Assembly (NCBI GenBank): GCA_031389475.1
Contig: JANMSP010000422.1
Location: forward strand, 1 to 33,356
Source of the DNA: Pyrinomonadaceae bacterium
GTDB taxonomy: Bacteria > Acidobacteriota > Blastocatellia > Pyrinomonadales > Pyrinomonadaceae
Direction of reading: 5' to 3'
Length of the DNA: 33,356 nt
Shown: one piece after another, positions 8,916 through 18,041 of the stretch
Numbering within the stretch: the first letter of the stretch is position 1
Layout: every line of letters begins with the position of its first letter
Made by a program: the position numbers and the translations under genes
The notes under the pieces: model-generated
Told to the model about the DNA's origin: nothing
What the model saw: only the letters and a program-made list of their open reading frames with translations
The model's database searches: none

Positions 8916-9380
8916 ATGACTCCTGATAAACATTTAGAAACGTCGGATAGTGGATACGATATTAGGCCGATCTCGGATGAAATAAGAGAAAGGCTGGCCC
9001 AGGATTTGAGTAGCGAGGAGCGCCGTGTTTTGCTTGACCACGGCACCGAGCCGGCTTTCTGCGGCACTCTGCTTGATAATAAGGAAGAAGGAACATATGC
9101 CTGCCGACTTTGCGGTCTGCCTTTGTTTACCTCTAAACATAAATTTCATTCGGGAACCGGTTGGCCGTCGTTTCACTCTCCGTTCGATAAGGAGCATCTA
9201 CGAAGTATAGAAGACAACAGCTACGGAATGCGGCGAATTGAAATCAGATGTGCCCGTTGCGACGGCCATCAGGGCCACATTTTCCCGGATGGTCCGCCGC
9301 CTTCGGGTCAGAGATATTGTCTCAATTCCGCATCACTCGAGTTTTTCCCCGAAGGAGAGGAAATTCCGCAGAAATTTTAA
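8916..9380 (+). CDS. msrB: Peptide-methionine (R)-S-oxide reductase
   Basis: Two CxxC zinc motifs (CRLCG, CARCD), GTGWPSF, and the catalytic region GHIFPDGP...RYCLNS. Confidence 0.92.
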   Translation: MTPDKHLETSDSGYDIRPISDEIRERLAQDLSSEERRVLLDHGTEPAFCGTLLDNKEEGTYACRLCGLPLFTSKHKFHSGTGWPSFHSPFDKEHLRSIEDNSYGMRRIEIRCARCDGHQGHIFPDGPPPSGQRYCLNSASLEFFPEGEEIPQKF

Positions 9381-9408
9381 TGAGCCTATTTTATTCAAGA
9401 CTTGCGAT

Positions 9409-9576
9409 TCATACGCTCGATAAATTTTTGAATTCGATATCGTTTCTGACGATCCCGCTGTGCCATGGCTCTGAATCATTGTCGCCCATGCTAAGGGCAA
9501 GGATGGGCATATGTAGGATACTAGCCGATGCAAAGACATTCGCTTCGTAATAGAATGTTGAACTTGGTCGTGACAT
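9409..9576 (-). CDS. Possible 55-aa small protein, too short for the ORF track
   Basis: ATG at 9576 (minus strand) is preceded by AAAGGAG (9583-9589) with a 6-nt spacer. My hand translation is MSRPSSTFYYEANVFASASILHMPILALSMGDNDSEPWHSGIVRNDIEFKNLSSV, with a stop at 9409-9411. I recognise no homology. Confidence 0.2.
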   Translation of the reverse strand: MSRPSSTFYYEANVFASASILHMPILALSMGDNDSEPWHSGIVRNDIEFKNLSSV

Positions 9577-9634
9577 CGTCTACTCCTTTCTAATAGTTGA
9601 ATGCTCTATCCCTTCCGGTATAGAGCGATGAAGG

Positions 9635-10894
9635 CTATTGAACCGCAAATCCGGCCATTGGATTTCCGTAAAATGCCTCGGTCTTCCATGCGGGGGCATT
9701 CCATTTTTCGCTCGTTCCGATCACGGTGACGGGGATGATTACCTTGTAATAAGCAAGATAGCCCGGTTTTTGATACCCGCCGTCAACGACCCTGCCGTCC
9801 GTTCCGACAGTGAACTTCGCCTCACGGACTTGAGTTCCTTTGTCGTAAACCTTCACGGTATATTCGCCGGGATTTCTATCCACAAAAAAGCTTTTCGGCA
9901 TGTTGTCCTTGTGATACGATCCGCCGTTATCGACGTTTACATTTTCGCTGAACCATTGGAATTGCAGACGCTTCCAGTGGTGAAGGTCCGCTGAAAGATT
10001 TCCGATCTCGCTTGCCCTGTCTTCGTTTCCTTCGAGGCGTTTGGTAACGGCGATTTGCTGTCCTTTGTAAAACAGGCGGGCTTCGAGCTGATGATCGGAG
10101 CCGGGATTTTGCTTGAACCACATGCTCACCTCCACCGGAAAATTGAAGCCTACATCTTGTCCGCTGAAACTGCTGTGGTGAAACGAAACGGTGCCGATCG
10201 GCAATATCCAATCGTGGTCCACGTAAAATTCGACCTCGTTTTTCCCCTTATATTCGCGTGGGAATTTGCCGACCTTGAACTTGCCTTGGAAGATCATTTT
10301 GCCGCTATTCGTATTTGTGATCTTTATGCCGTAAAGGCCGGTTGCCGCCGTTGATTTCGATTCCCACATTTTGTCCACATAGCCGCGCGCCGTCTTAAAG
10401 GGCACTACCCGATTGTCTCCGGGCCTTTCACCTTCGATCGTCTCGCTGAACCATAGAGAGCCGTCGGGATTGAAATATTCAACAAGGTGAGGCAGCGTCA
10501 ATTTCCAATCGTAAAAAAGGCCGAAACGCACTCTGGGAAGCCAGCTGCTGTATTTCTGGTGAGGCATTTTCCAATATTCGTCGCGGGTTTCCGCCTGAAT
10601 ATAGATCGTATCGATCACAAGCTGGGGATCAGCGGTAGGCCTGATAAAATCGTACTGACTTTTCCTGGCCGCCGCGGAATATCGAGAGTTGGTGGATTCC
10701 CCGGATGCGGTGGAAGCCTTTTCGGACGAAGTAACGCTTTCAGTTTTCGGCTGCTCTATTTGCGGCTTCTCCTTCTTTATTTTGGGGATCTTTATCGTAA
10801 ACTGCGCAGATGCGGTTAAAACGGAAAGGAAGAGAACAGCTACAACGGCGGGCAATATAACTTTAAAGTTCTTATTCACAAATTTACTCCTCAT
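9635..10894 (-). CDS. Secreted hypothetical protein
   Basis: 419 aa with an N-terminal signal peptide (VILPAVVAVLFLSVLTASAQ), then a low-complexity Ser/Thr/Lys linker and a beta-rich body. I recognise no family. Confidence 0.7.
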   Translation of the reverse strand: MRSKFVNKNFKVILPAVVAVLFLSVLTASAQFTIKIPKIKKEKPQIEQPKTESVTSSEKASTASGESTNSRYSAAARKSQYDFIRPTADPQLVIDTIYIQAETRDEYWKMPHQKYSSWLPRVRFGLFYDWKLTLPHLVEYFNPDGSLWFSETIEGERPGDNRVVPFKTARGYVDKMWESKSTAATGLYGIKITNTNSGKMIFQGKFKVGKFPREYKGKNEVEFYVDHDWILPIGTVSFHHSSFSGQDVGFNFPVEVSMWFKQNPGSDHQLEARLFYKGQQIAVTKRLEGNEDRASEIGNLSADLHHWKRLQFQWFSENVNVDNGGSYHKDNMPKSFFVDRNPGEYTVKVYDKGTQVREAKFTVGTDGRVVDGGYQKPGYLAYYKVIIPVTVIGTSEKWNAPAWKTEAFYGNPMAGFAVQ

Positions 10895-11040
10895 ACGAAT
10901 TCAAAGAAAGTGGGGCGAACCACGCAAATCCGTGTTAAAATTCACGTCAGTCGGTTATCAGACATGGACTTTAACTTCCTTTTGCCGGGAAAGTCCTTTG
11001 GTTTCATCGAGAAAGTTCTTAGAGACTTATTAGAAGCGGT

Positions 11041-13131
11041 ATGTCGTTGTCACAACAGAACTTACAGTTCGGCGAATTTGTATTGGACGTCAAGGAAGAC
11101 ATCCTGCTTCTGGACAAAATACCTGTATCGATCACGCCGAAAGCTCTTTTGCTGCTCCGGAGCCTTATCGAGAACCACGGGCACATTGTAGAAAAGGAAC
11201 AATTAATCAAAGCCGTCTGGCCGGACAGTTTTGTAGAAGAAGGTAATCTTTCGTTCACCATCAATTTACTGCGCAAGGCATTGGGCGACGATTCGCGCCA
11301 GCCGCGATTCATCGAAACGGTCCCGCGACGCGGCTACCGCTTTATCGCCCCTGTAAGTGAGGCATCGAACGGCAAATCATCCATAGAAGTATCCGAACTC
11401 AATTCTCCAGGTCACAAGAATGCATTCCGCAAGTATTCGCCGTCGTATCTGCTTCCATTTATTCTAATCAGCCTCCTGGCTGTTTTGGGGACCGGGATGT
11501 GGTATGCGACCAGCAAAAGTCAGGAACCGAATGCTCCCATATTGTCCGCGCCGTTCAGTGCCGAGAAACTGCCGACATCGGGCAACAGCGAATTCGCGGC
11601 TATTTCACCGGATGGAAAATTCGCCGCCTACACGGATGTAACAGGTGGAAAACGCAATGTTTGGCTGCGGAATTTGGAAAGCTCGGAGAATCTTCAGATC
11701 GTACCTCCGTCCGACGACTATTACTTCGATCTGGCTTTCTCGAACAGCGGGGAGTCGTTGTTTTTTGTCCGCAAGCCAGCTTCCGGCCACGCTTTGCCGG
11801 CTCTTTATAAAGTCGCCAAAATTGGCGGGGTTCCAATAAAAATACTGGACAATGTAACACGGTCCGGGAGTTTTTCCCCTGACGATAAACAAATCTCATT
11901 CGTCCGATGTTCGTTTAAGAAAGACGATTTTTGCTCTCTTTATATTGCGGATGCGGACGGAGCGAACGAGCGAAAGCTATTGACTACGACTAACGGCTTT
12001 CATATTAAGGAATGCCAGTTCTCACGCGACGGCAGATCGCTGGCAATGGCATCCGGCCGTGCCGCCAGTGATACGGCCGATGCCGGGATTTCGGAAATAG
12101 TTATTGACACTGGTGCCCAACGGGAAATGCTGGATCGAAAATTTTACGATGTTAAGAGTCTGAAATGGCTGCCGAACGGAACGGGTTTGCTTTTCACCGC
12201 ATCAGAACGCAAAGAAGGAAAAGGGTCGGTGTGGCTCGTACCGGCATTTTCGAATAAGGCGGTGCCGTTAACGGCGGACGCCTCCAGTTATGCAAAGATC
12301 GGCCTCGACGGAACGGGTAGCAAAATGATCGCCGTTCAGCCTACCGCGGATTTCAGGATCAATGTCTCCGCTAACGGCGAAACGAAAACCCTGACCAATG
12401 CACGCGATCTGACCTTTGCGAAAGACGGAAAGATAGTATATTCCACATTTGACGGCGAAATTTGGACAGTTAATCGCGACGGCGGCGAACAACGCCAGCT
12501 TACGAACAACGATTTTACCGACGAGTCCGCGCGTGTTTCTCCGGACGGTAAATCAATCTACTTTTCATCGAATGAATCGGGCAGCAGTCATGTATGGAGA
12601 ATGAATTCGGACGGTACGAACCGCACGCAGATAACAAAACGAAATGGCGGAGTGCCGGAATTTGTTACCGCCGACGGTCGCCACGTCTATTACGTGTCTA
12701 ATTCGAACGGCCTTCTTTACAAAATTCCGGCCGAGGGCGGCGAAGAAATTCTGGTACATGACAAGAAAATGCAAAGGCCGACGATCTCGCCGGATGGCAG
12801 CCTGATCGCTTATTTTTTCCTCGATAAAGAATTTCAGATCGCCATAATGCAGACCGACAGCAAGAAAATAATAAAGGTTATCAGATATGGGAACTCTTTT
12901 GCTCAAAGGCTGGCGTGGTCTGCCGACGGAAGGAGTTTAAGCTACATTCTGGATTCGAATGGCCGAAATTACCTTTGGCGGCAGTCGCTGGACGAAGAAA
13001 AACCTCATCTCGTTGCCGACCTGGGCGGAGAAGAGATACGGCACTTCGCGGTTTCGCCTTTCGATGACACCTTTGCTTACATTCGCGGTAAGTGGAATTT
13101 TGACGTTGTACTGTTGCAAGGACTGCGATAA
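11041..13131 (+). CDS. Transmembrane transcriptional regulator: CadC/OmpR-type winged helix, TM helix and TolB-like beta-propeller
   Basis: The N-terminus (...ITPKALLLLRSLIENHGHIVEKEQLIKAVWPD...ETVPRRGYRF) is a trans_reg_C winged helix. A TM helix follows (LLPFILISLLAVLGTGMWY). The rest carries repeated (S/F)(P/R)DG(K/R) PD40-type blades (ISPDGKF, FSPDDKQ, FSRDGRS, VSPDGKS, ISPDGSL, WSADGRS). Confidence 0.85.
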   Translation: MSLSQQNLQFGEFVLDVKEDILLLDKIPVSITPKALLLLRSLIENHGHIVEKEQLIKAVWPDSFVEEGNLSFTINLLRKALGDDSRQPRFIETVPRRGYRFIAPVSEASNGKSSIEVSELNSPGHKNAFRKYSPSYLLPFILISLLAVLGTGMWYATSKSQEPNAPILSAPFSAEKLPTSGNSEFAAISPDGKFAAYTDVTGGKRNVWLRNLESSENLQIVPPSDDYYFDLAFSNSGESLFFVRKPASGHALPALYKVAKIGGVPIKILDNVTRSGSFSPDDKQISFVRCSFKKDDFCSLYIADADGANERKLLTTTNGFHIKECQFSRDGRSLAMASGRAASDTADAGISEIVIDTGAQREMLDRKFYDVKSLKWLPNGTGLLFTASERKEGKGSVWLVPAFSNKAVPLTADASSYAKIGLDGTGSKMIAVQPTADFRINVSANGETKTLTNARDLTFAKDGKIVYSTFDGEIWTVNRDGGEQRQLTNNDFTDESARVSPDGKSIYFSSNESGSSHVWRMNSDGTNRTQITKRNGGVPEFVTADGRHVYYVSNSNGLLYKIPAEGGEEILVHDKKMQRPTISPDGSLIAYFFLDKEFQIAIMQTDSKKIIKVIRYGNSFAQRLAWSADGRSLSYILDSNGRNYLWRQSLDEEKPHLVADLGGEEIRHFAVSPFDDTFAYIRGKWNFDVVLLQGLR

Positions 13132-13136
13132 AAACG

Positions 13137-13162
13137 AAAAAAGCCTTGTAATTAAACAAGAC
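13137..13162 (-). terminator. Rho-independent terminator candidate for the amidohydrolase operon
   Basis: On the minus strand GTCTTGT / loop TTAATT / ACAAGGC forms a 7-bp stem with one G:U pair. It is followed by TTTTTT (plus-strand A-run at 13137-13142). It lies between convergent genes. Confidence 0.5.
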
Positions 13163-13189
13163 TTTCGCAATCGAATAGATAACAATACA

Positions 13190-14524
13190 TTATTTTCTAT
13201 CTTTGAAACTGTCGAACAGCTCTGTGTGGCGGCTCGTTAATGGAATAAGACGGCCGTTGATGAACATATATTTAATATTCGTTCGCGGCTCAAGGATGTC
13301 TCCGTCAGTAACGACAAGGTTTGCCATTTTTCCAACTTCGATAGAACCAAGCTTATCCGAAACTCCGAGGATCTCCGCCGGGTATAGCGTTACGGCTTTA
13401 AGGGCTTCTTCTTTCGCCAATCCATAAGCACCGGCCAATCCGGCGTGATACGGAAGGTCGCGAACCTCACCGCCGGCGTCACCGGTCCCGATGGCAAATT
13501 TAACACCGGCACTTTTTAGCTTCGCCGGCCCTTCGAACAAAAAATCATAGGCGTCGTCATCCCTGACAGGCAGACTGTAAATATTCGTGTAGATGACGGC
13601 AATGTTATTTTTCTTCAAATCGTCCGCGACCTTCCATGCTTCCTGGCCGCCGACGATGATGCCCTTTACCTTCATGTCGGCAACGAATTTGACCACGCTT
13701 CGTATATCGCGTTCGCGCTCGACCGTGAAGAAAATCGGTTTCTCACCCCGAATATACGGTGTCATTGCTTCCAGCTTCAGATCGGTCGTCGTATAAGGCA
13801 GAGTTTTGTCTTTAGCGTAGGTATCTTTAGCTAGAGAGTAGTTTTCCGCATTCTTAAATATTTTTTTCAATTCCTCGATCTGCGTGTCACGCCTCTTTAT
13901 AGCTTCGCTGAAATCGACTGTCGGGCGTGGCCCAAATCCGCCGCCGAAACCGCCAAATGTGGAGATTCTAGGAAAATTGATCATCAGACCGGCCGTCGAA
14001 TGCACCGCCATTTCATCCTGAGTCGATCCGTTCAGGTTAATTACGGCGCCCTGTCCGGAAATAATTCCGCCCGAAGGAGCTGAAAAAACCGTAGTAATTC
14101 CATTGACGCGCGTGACGTTTACATGTGAAGAATGCGGATTAACGCCGGTAATTGCCTTCGCGTTCGCGTTCATCGTCCCGACTTCGGCAACGTCCATGGT
14201 TGCGTTGACACCCTGCGGGATTTCGGCCAAGCCGAGTGTTGTTCCGGCGTCGATCATTCCCGGATAAACCGATAATCCTTTTCCATCGATAGTTTCAGCG
14301 CCTTTCGGAACCGCAGTCCCGGCTCCGACGGCGGTGATCGTTCCGTTCTGAACAATTACGGTGCCGTTTTCTATCGTCGCCCCGGAAACAGTGACAATGC
14401 GGACATTCGTGATAGCAAACGTTCCGCCGCGCCCGGTTTTGTTTTGCTGCGAACCGTCGCTCTGAGCCAAAATGGCATGTCCACAGATGAAAACGGAAAG
14501 ACACAGATAAATTCCGAACCTCAT
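13190..14524 (-). CDS. Secreted amidohydrolase-fold protein lacking the HxH motif (paralog of 16032..17702)
   Basis: It has a signal peptide (MRFGIYLCLSVFICGHAILAQS). It shows the amidohydrolase N-terminal beta-sandwich and C-terminal GSIEVGKMANLVV signatures. Where HxH should follow the Gly-rich turn it reads PGMIDAGTTLG. The start is moved to the ATG at 14524. Confidence 0.8.
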   Translation of the reverse strand: MRFGIYLCLSVFICGHAILAQSDGSQQNKTGRGGTFAITNVRIVTVSGATIENGTVIVQNGTITAVGAGTAVPKGAETIDGKGLSVYPGMIDAGTTLGLAEIPQGVNATMDVAEVGTMNANAKAITGVNPHSSHVNVTRVNGITTVFSAPSGGIISGQGAVINLNGSTQDEMAVHSTAGLMINFPRISTFGGFGGGFGPRPTVDFSEAIKRRDTQIEELKKIFKNAENYSLAKDTYAKDKTLPYTTTDLKLEAMTPYIRGEKPIFFTVERERDIRSVVKFVADMKVKGIIVGGQEAWKVADDLKKNNIAVIYTNIYSLPVRDDDAYDFLFEGPAKLKSAGVKFAIGTGDAGGEVRDLPYHAGLAGAYGLAKEEALKAVTLYPAEILGVSDKLGSIEVGKMANLVVTDGDILEPRTNIKYMFINGRLIPLTSRHTELFDSFKDRK

Positions 14525-14559
14525 AAACTTGAAACCTTGAACTTTGAACTTGAAACTCA
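14525..14559. repeat. Imperfect heptanucleotide tandem array (about 5 units) filling an intercistronic spacer
   Basis: The plus strand reads AAACTTG AAACCTTG AACTTTG AACTTG AAACTCA. The mRNA sense is GAGTTTCAAGTTCAAAGTTCAAGGTTTCAAGTTT. The array lies exactly between the upstream stop (14560-14562) and the downstream ATG (14524). Confidence 0.7.
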
Positions 14560-15957
14560 TTAGTAATTGCCTCCGTCGCGATCTGCGTCATCCCTGTCAG
14601 CCAGTCGTTTTTCAGCCGGAATCCTTGGCGGTGTTCCGCCACTGCCGGGAGCTTTGTTAATATCCAGTTTCTCAAGCGTTTCGCGCTCCTTTTGCAGGTC
14701 GGCGCGCATTTGAGTTTCCTTGCTTCGATCGAAATACGTATCGCCTTCGATCAATGTCATATCGACCCGCGAATAAACGCTGAAAGGATGTGCCGTCCAA
14801 ATCGCAAGGTCGGCATCTTTCCCGACTTCAATGGAACCGGTCCGCTTGTCGATTCCGAGCTGCATTGCCGGATTGAGCGTGATCATCTTCAGAGCATCTT
14901 CCTCCGGCACGCCTCCGTATTTCATTACTTTGGCCGCATCCAAATTCAATCTGCGAATACGCTCGTCGGAATCCGAATTGATCGAAACATTGACGCCGTT
15001 TTTCCACAGAATATAAGCGTTATAAGGAATCGCGTCGTATGCCTCGAGTTTGTAACTCCAGCTATCGGCAAATATAGAAACTCCGGTTTTCCGTTTGGCA
15101 ATCTCAGGAGCAATTTTGTAAGCTTCGAGGCCATGCTGAAGCGAAGCGATCCTAAATCCAAACTCGTCCGCAAGATTCAGCAAATTCCAATGCTCGTCCG
15201 AGCGGTATCCGTGGGCATGAACGAGGCGTTTTCCTTCCAGAATCTCAACGAGCGGCTGTAACTCGAGATCCGTTCGCGGCGGCATTTTTGTTTTCTTCGC
15301 CTTAAAATCATCCCACGACTGCTTGTAATCTCTCGCTCTGTTGAAAGCATCGCGGATCACTTCGAGCGTTCCCATTCGCGTCCGCGGGTATCGGGGAGTT
15401 TGCCCGCCCTGCGGATTGAAGCTCGAGCGTTTCGTATTTTCGCCCATCGCGAACTTAATACCGGAAGGAGCGTCCGCGACGATAAAATCCTCGACCGGTT
15501 TTCCCCATTTGAACTTCACCGTCGAATTCTGCCCGCCGATCGGATTTGCCGAACCGTGCAGCAGATTCGCCGCCGTCACGCCGCTCGCGAGAGCACGATA
15601 GATCGAGATATCGCCCGGATTCAACACATCTCGAATTCTCGTCATCGATGTGACAGCCAGTGATCCCTCATTTATAGCATCCATCATCGCGTGCGAATGA
15701 GCATCGATGATTCCTGGAGCTACAAATCGCCCAGTGGCATCGATAACTTTCGCGGATGTAGAAGCATTCAGATTCTTGCCGATGCGGGCGATCTTTCCGT
15801 TCTGGATCAAAATGTCCGTGTTCTCCAAAGTCCCGCGAGCGGCCGTCATAACCGTCGCATTCTTAATAAGAACTTCATTTTTTGCCTGAGCGGACGCGAT
15901 TGAGAATGAAATCAGGCTGATCGAGATCACCAGCGAAGCTAAAACAAAATTCCTCAT
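14560..15957 (-). CDS. Secreted amidohydrolase (metal-dependent hydrolase, HxH motif intact)
   Basis: It has a signal peptide (MRNFVLASLVISISLISFSIASAQA). PGIIDAHSHAM (HxH), VHAHGYRSDE, INSDSD and GSIEVGKDADL are all present. The start is moved to the ATG at 15957. Confidence 0.88.
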   Translation of the reverse strand: MRNFVLASLVISISLISFSIASAQAKNEVLIKNATVMTAARGTLENTDILIQNGKIARIGKNLNASTSAKVIDATGRFVAPGIIDAHSHAMMDAINEGSLAVTSMTRIRDVLNPGDISIYRALASGVTAANLLHGSANPIGGQNSTVKFKWGKPVEDFIVADAPSGIKFAMGENTKRSSFNPQGGQTPRYPRTRMGTLEVIRDAFNRARDYKQSWDDFKAKKTKMPPRTDLELQPLVEILEGKRLVHAHGYRSDEHWNLLNLADEFGFRIASLQHGLEAYKIAPEIAKRKTGVSIFADSWSYKLEAYDAIPYNAYILWKNGVNVSINSDSDERIRRLNLDAAKVMKYGGVPEEDALKMITLNPAMQLGIDKRTGSIEVGKDADLAIWTAHPFSVYSRVDMTLIEGDTYFDRSKETQMRADLQKERETLEKLDINKAPGSGGTPPRIPAEKRLADRDDADRDGGNY

Positions 15958-15997
15958 ATATCTTTTATCCCCAATTAAAAACTTTCCTTCCTTCTTA

Positions 15998-16030
15998 ACT
16001 GACAACCGGCCACTGACAACTGACCACTGG
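15998..16030. repeat. Heptanucleotide tandem array (about 5 units) in an intercistronic spacer
   Basis: The plus strand reads ACTGACA ACCGGCC ACTGACA ACTGACC ACTGGAT. The mRNA sense is CAGTGGT CAGTTGT CAGTGGC CGGTTGT CAGTTAA. It begins right after the upstream stop at 16032-16034. Confidence 0.7.
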
Positions 16031-16031
16031 A

Positions 16032-17702
16032 TCAAGGATTTCTTGTTCCCGAAAACGGCACCGTGCCCTGCGGCGAATCAACCGTTCCCGCGATCTGATT
16101 TCCGTTAACGCTTCCCTTCACCAGAATATCTATGGTCGAGCCGCCGAACTCAACTGTTCCGGCAAACGAAAATCCTTCCGCCGTTATCTTCCCATCCTTG
16201 ATTGGCGTCGAACCAAGCTGCGTCTGCATCGAGCCGGTCAGGGTATTTCCCTGTTGGATAAGCGCCAATGTCCCGGTCAGTGTCTGTCCGGGCACTTCGA
16301 TAGTAATGCTATAATTTCCTGCAACGGCGGCAACTGCCGGAGTTGTTCCAGCGGGCGGCGTCGCTCCGGGCCTTTCACCGGCGGCAGGTTTTGCCGGCTC
16401 CTTTTGCTCGAACAATTTACCATCGACAAAAACGTGTGAAATAAACTTCTCCTTGCCGAAAATATCGCCTTTGACCACGGTCAGGTTTGCGATCTTGCCC
16501 GTTTCTATTGAACCAAGCCTGTCGTTAACCCCAAGAAGTTCGGCGGTGGTTAAAGTCATAGAACGAACAGCTGCGTCCTTAGTTAATCCATTTTCCACCG
16601 CTTTTCCGGCATTTGCGAGAAAATCGTTTATACTCGTCATTCCGCCGGACTGGAATGCGACCTTCACCCCGGCTTGAGCAAGACGCGCCGCAGCCTTAGG
16701 AGTTTCGGCCCTGAATCTTAAAAGGTCCATGGTTTCCTGATCCGCTTCGGGCGACGATGATGTAGTTCTTTTCGGGAAATTCAGCGAAAGAAAAACCGGC
16801 ACGTCCTGGGCTTTCAGGCGGGCAGCGACCTTCCAGGCCTCCTGTCCGCCGGCAATTATCGCTTTTAGATTAAATTCCCTAGCAAAATCTAGTGCCCGGA
16901 CGATTTCGTTCTCACGATTAGCGTTGAAAACAACGGGGATTTGTCCGCTTAAAATCGGTATCAATGCTTCGAGCGAGCGGTCAGACGCCGGTCGCGTTAC
17001 GCCGCGCGGATTATCCGCGTAGATACGGTTCATTTCCTGCAAACGCTGTGCGTCGAGGAACATCTGCCGCATCGCCGAGAACGTTCCCAGGAGCGAACCC
17101 GGATATTGCCCGCCACCGACGGTCGTAAAAGTCACGTGTTCCGCAAACGGCGACTTTATCACCATTGCCGAAACGGATTCGCCCGCAAGATTGATAACCG
17201 CCGATTGGCCATTGAAAATGCCAGTCCGACCGACTGTCAAAACCGTTGTAAAACCGGCGTTTCGATTCGTATCGAATTGTGCGTCTCCGCCGCGAAGATC
17301 GATTTCCACCGTTTCTTCCGGACGAAGCCCTGCCGGATAGTTGGAATTCGATTGCGGAGCGGTCGCTTGTGTCCCAACAGTCACTACTTGAGGTCCACCG
17401 CCGGGAGTCGGCGTAGCAGGACGCGGGGCAGCCGTAACGCCAAGATTGGTCAGAGCATCGAAAAACCCGGGGTAAACGGTCAATCCCGTGCCGTCGAAGA
17501 CTTGAGCGTCTGCCGGTGTTTTGACCGATGCTCCAACCGATTCGATCAAACCGCCGCGGATCACAACGGTTCCCTTTTCAATAGTTTCGCCCGAAACCGT
17601 AACGACACGGGCGTTCGTGATAGCGTAAGTTTGGGCCGAAACGGAAATGCTGGAAAGCGAACTTATAACCGCAAAAGAAAGCAGAAATAGCTTTAATTTC
17701 AT
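16032..17702 (-). CDS. Secreted amidohydrolase-fold protein lacking the HxH motif, with an extra C-terminal beta domain
   Basis: It has a signal peptide (MKLKLFLLSFAVISSLSSISVSAQ). It is a paralog of 13190..14524 (ITNARVVTVSGETIEKGTV... and GGQEAWKVA are shared). The HxH position reads PGFFDALTNLG. A Pro/Ala/Thr linker leads to a roughly 100-aa tail (GNYSITIEVPGQTLTGTL...). The start is at the ATG at 17702. Confidence 0.82.
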   Translation of the reverse strand: MKLKLFLLSFAVISSLSSISVSAQTYAITNARVVTVSGETIEKGTVVIRGGLIESVGASVKTPADAQVFDGTGLTVYPGFFDALTNLGVTAAPRPATPTPGGGPQVVTVGTQATAPQSNSNYPAGLRPEETVEIDLRGGDAQFDTNRNAGFTTVLTVGRTGIFNGQSAVINLAGESVSAMVIKSPFAEHVTFTTVGGGQYPGSLLGTFSAMRQMFLDAQRLQEMNRIYADNPRGVTRPASDRSLEALIPILSGQIPVVFNANRENEIVRALDFAREFNLKAIIAGGQEAWKVAARLKAQDVPVFLSLNFPKRTTSSSPEADQETMDLLRFRAETPKAAARLAQAGVKVAFQSGGMTSINDFLANAGKAVENGLTKDAAVRSMTLTTAELLGVNDRLGSIETGKIANLTVVKGDIFGKEKFISHVFVDGKLFEQKEPAKPAAGERPGATPPAGTTPAVAAVAGNYSITIEVPGQTLTGTLALIQQGNTLTGSMQTQLGSTPIKDGKITAEGFSFAGTVEFGGSTIDILVKGSVNGNQIAGTVDSPQGTVPFSGTRNP

Positions 17703-17892
17703 AGCTGTAGTGGCGAAAAAAAAATTGAAATGTCTGAATTGATTGAAATTGCTGTTATGGGAAGGATAATCGAAAAGTTTCAAAATGCAAAATCTATACT
17801 ACCGGAACGCACGCATCCTGCCGGCGGTAGGCACTAAATGCTTAAATTTTTACGTTAAAGAGTCCTTGCAGAACTGCGGTCTGCTTTCTAAA

Positions 17893-18041
17893 CTAGTGCC
17901 GTGTTACCTAAGTAACAGTATTAATATTTTAGCCACGAATTGCACGAATCACACAAATAAAAGAAAACCTAAAAGAAAACCGATTAGTGTTATTTGTGTA
18001 ATTCGTGGCTAATGCTCCAAAACTTAGATTACTTAGCACTA
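17893..18041. mobile_element. MITE-like palindromic element, copy B
   Basis: The left end is CTAGTGCCGTGTTACCTAAGTAAC. The right end is AACTTAGATTACTTAGCACTA(T). An inner hairpin pairs TTAGCCACGAATT... with ...AATTCGTGGCTAA (about 17929-18012). The right terminus supplies the TAG stop of ada (18039-18041, minus strand). Confidence 0.65.

Noticed and set aside
14525-16030. Short regularly spaced repeats, considered as a possible CRISPR array.
   Set aside because: The units are 7 nt and directly tandem with no spacers. The arrays are only about 35 nt long, and no cas genes are present.
16889-16900. TCTAGTGCCCGG inside the first amidohydrolase gene, which resembles the MITE terminus CTAGTGCC.
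   Set aside because: Similarity stops after 8 nt and there is no inverted partner. The region encodes conserved protein sequence (ALDFAREF).
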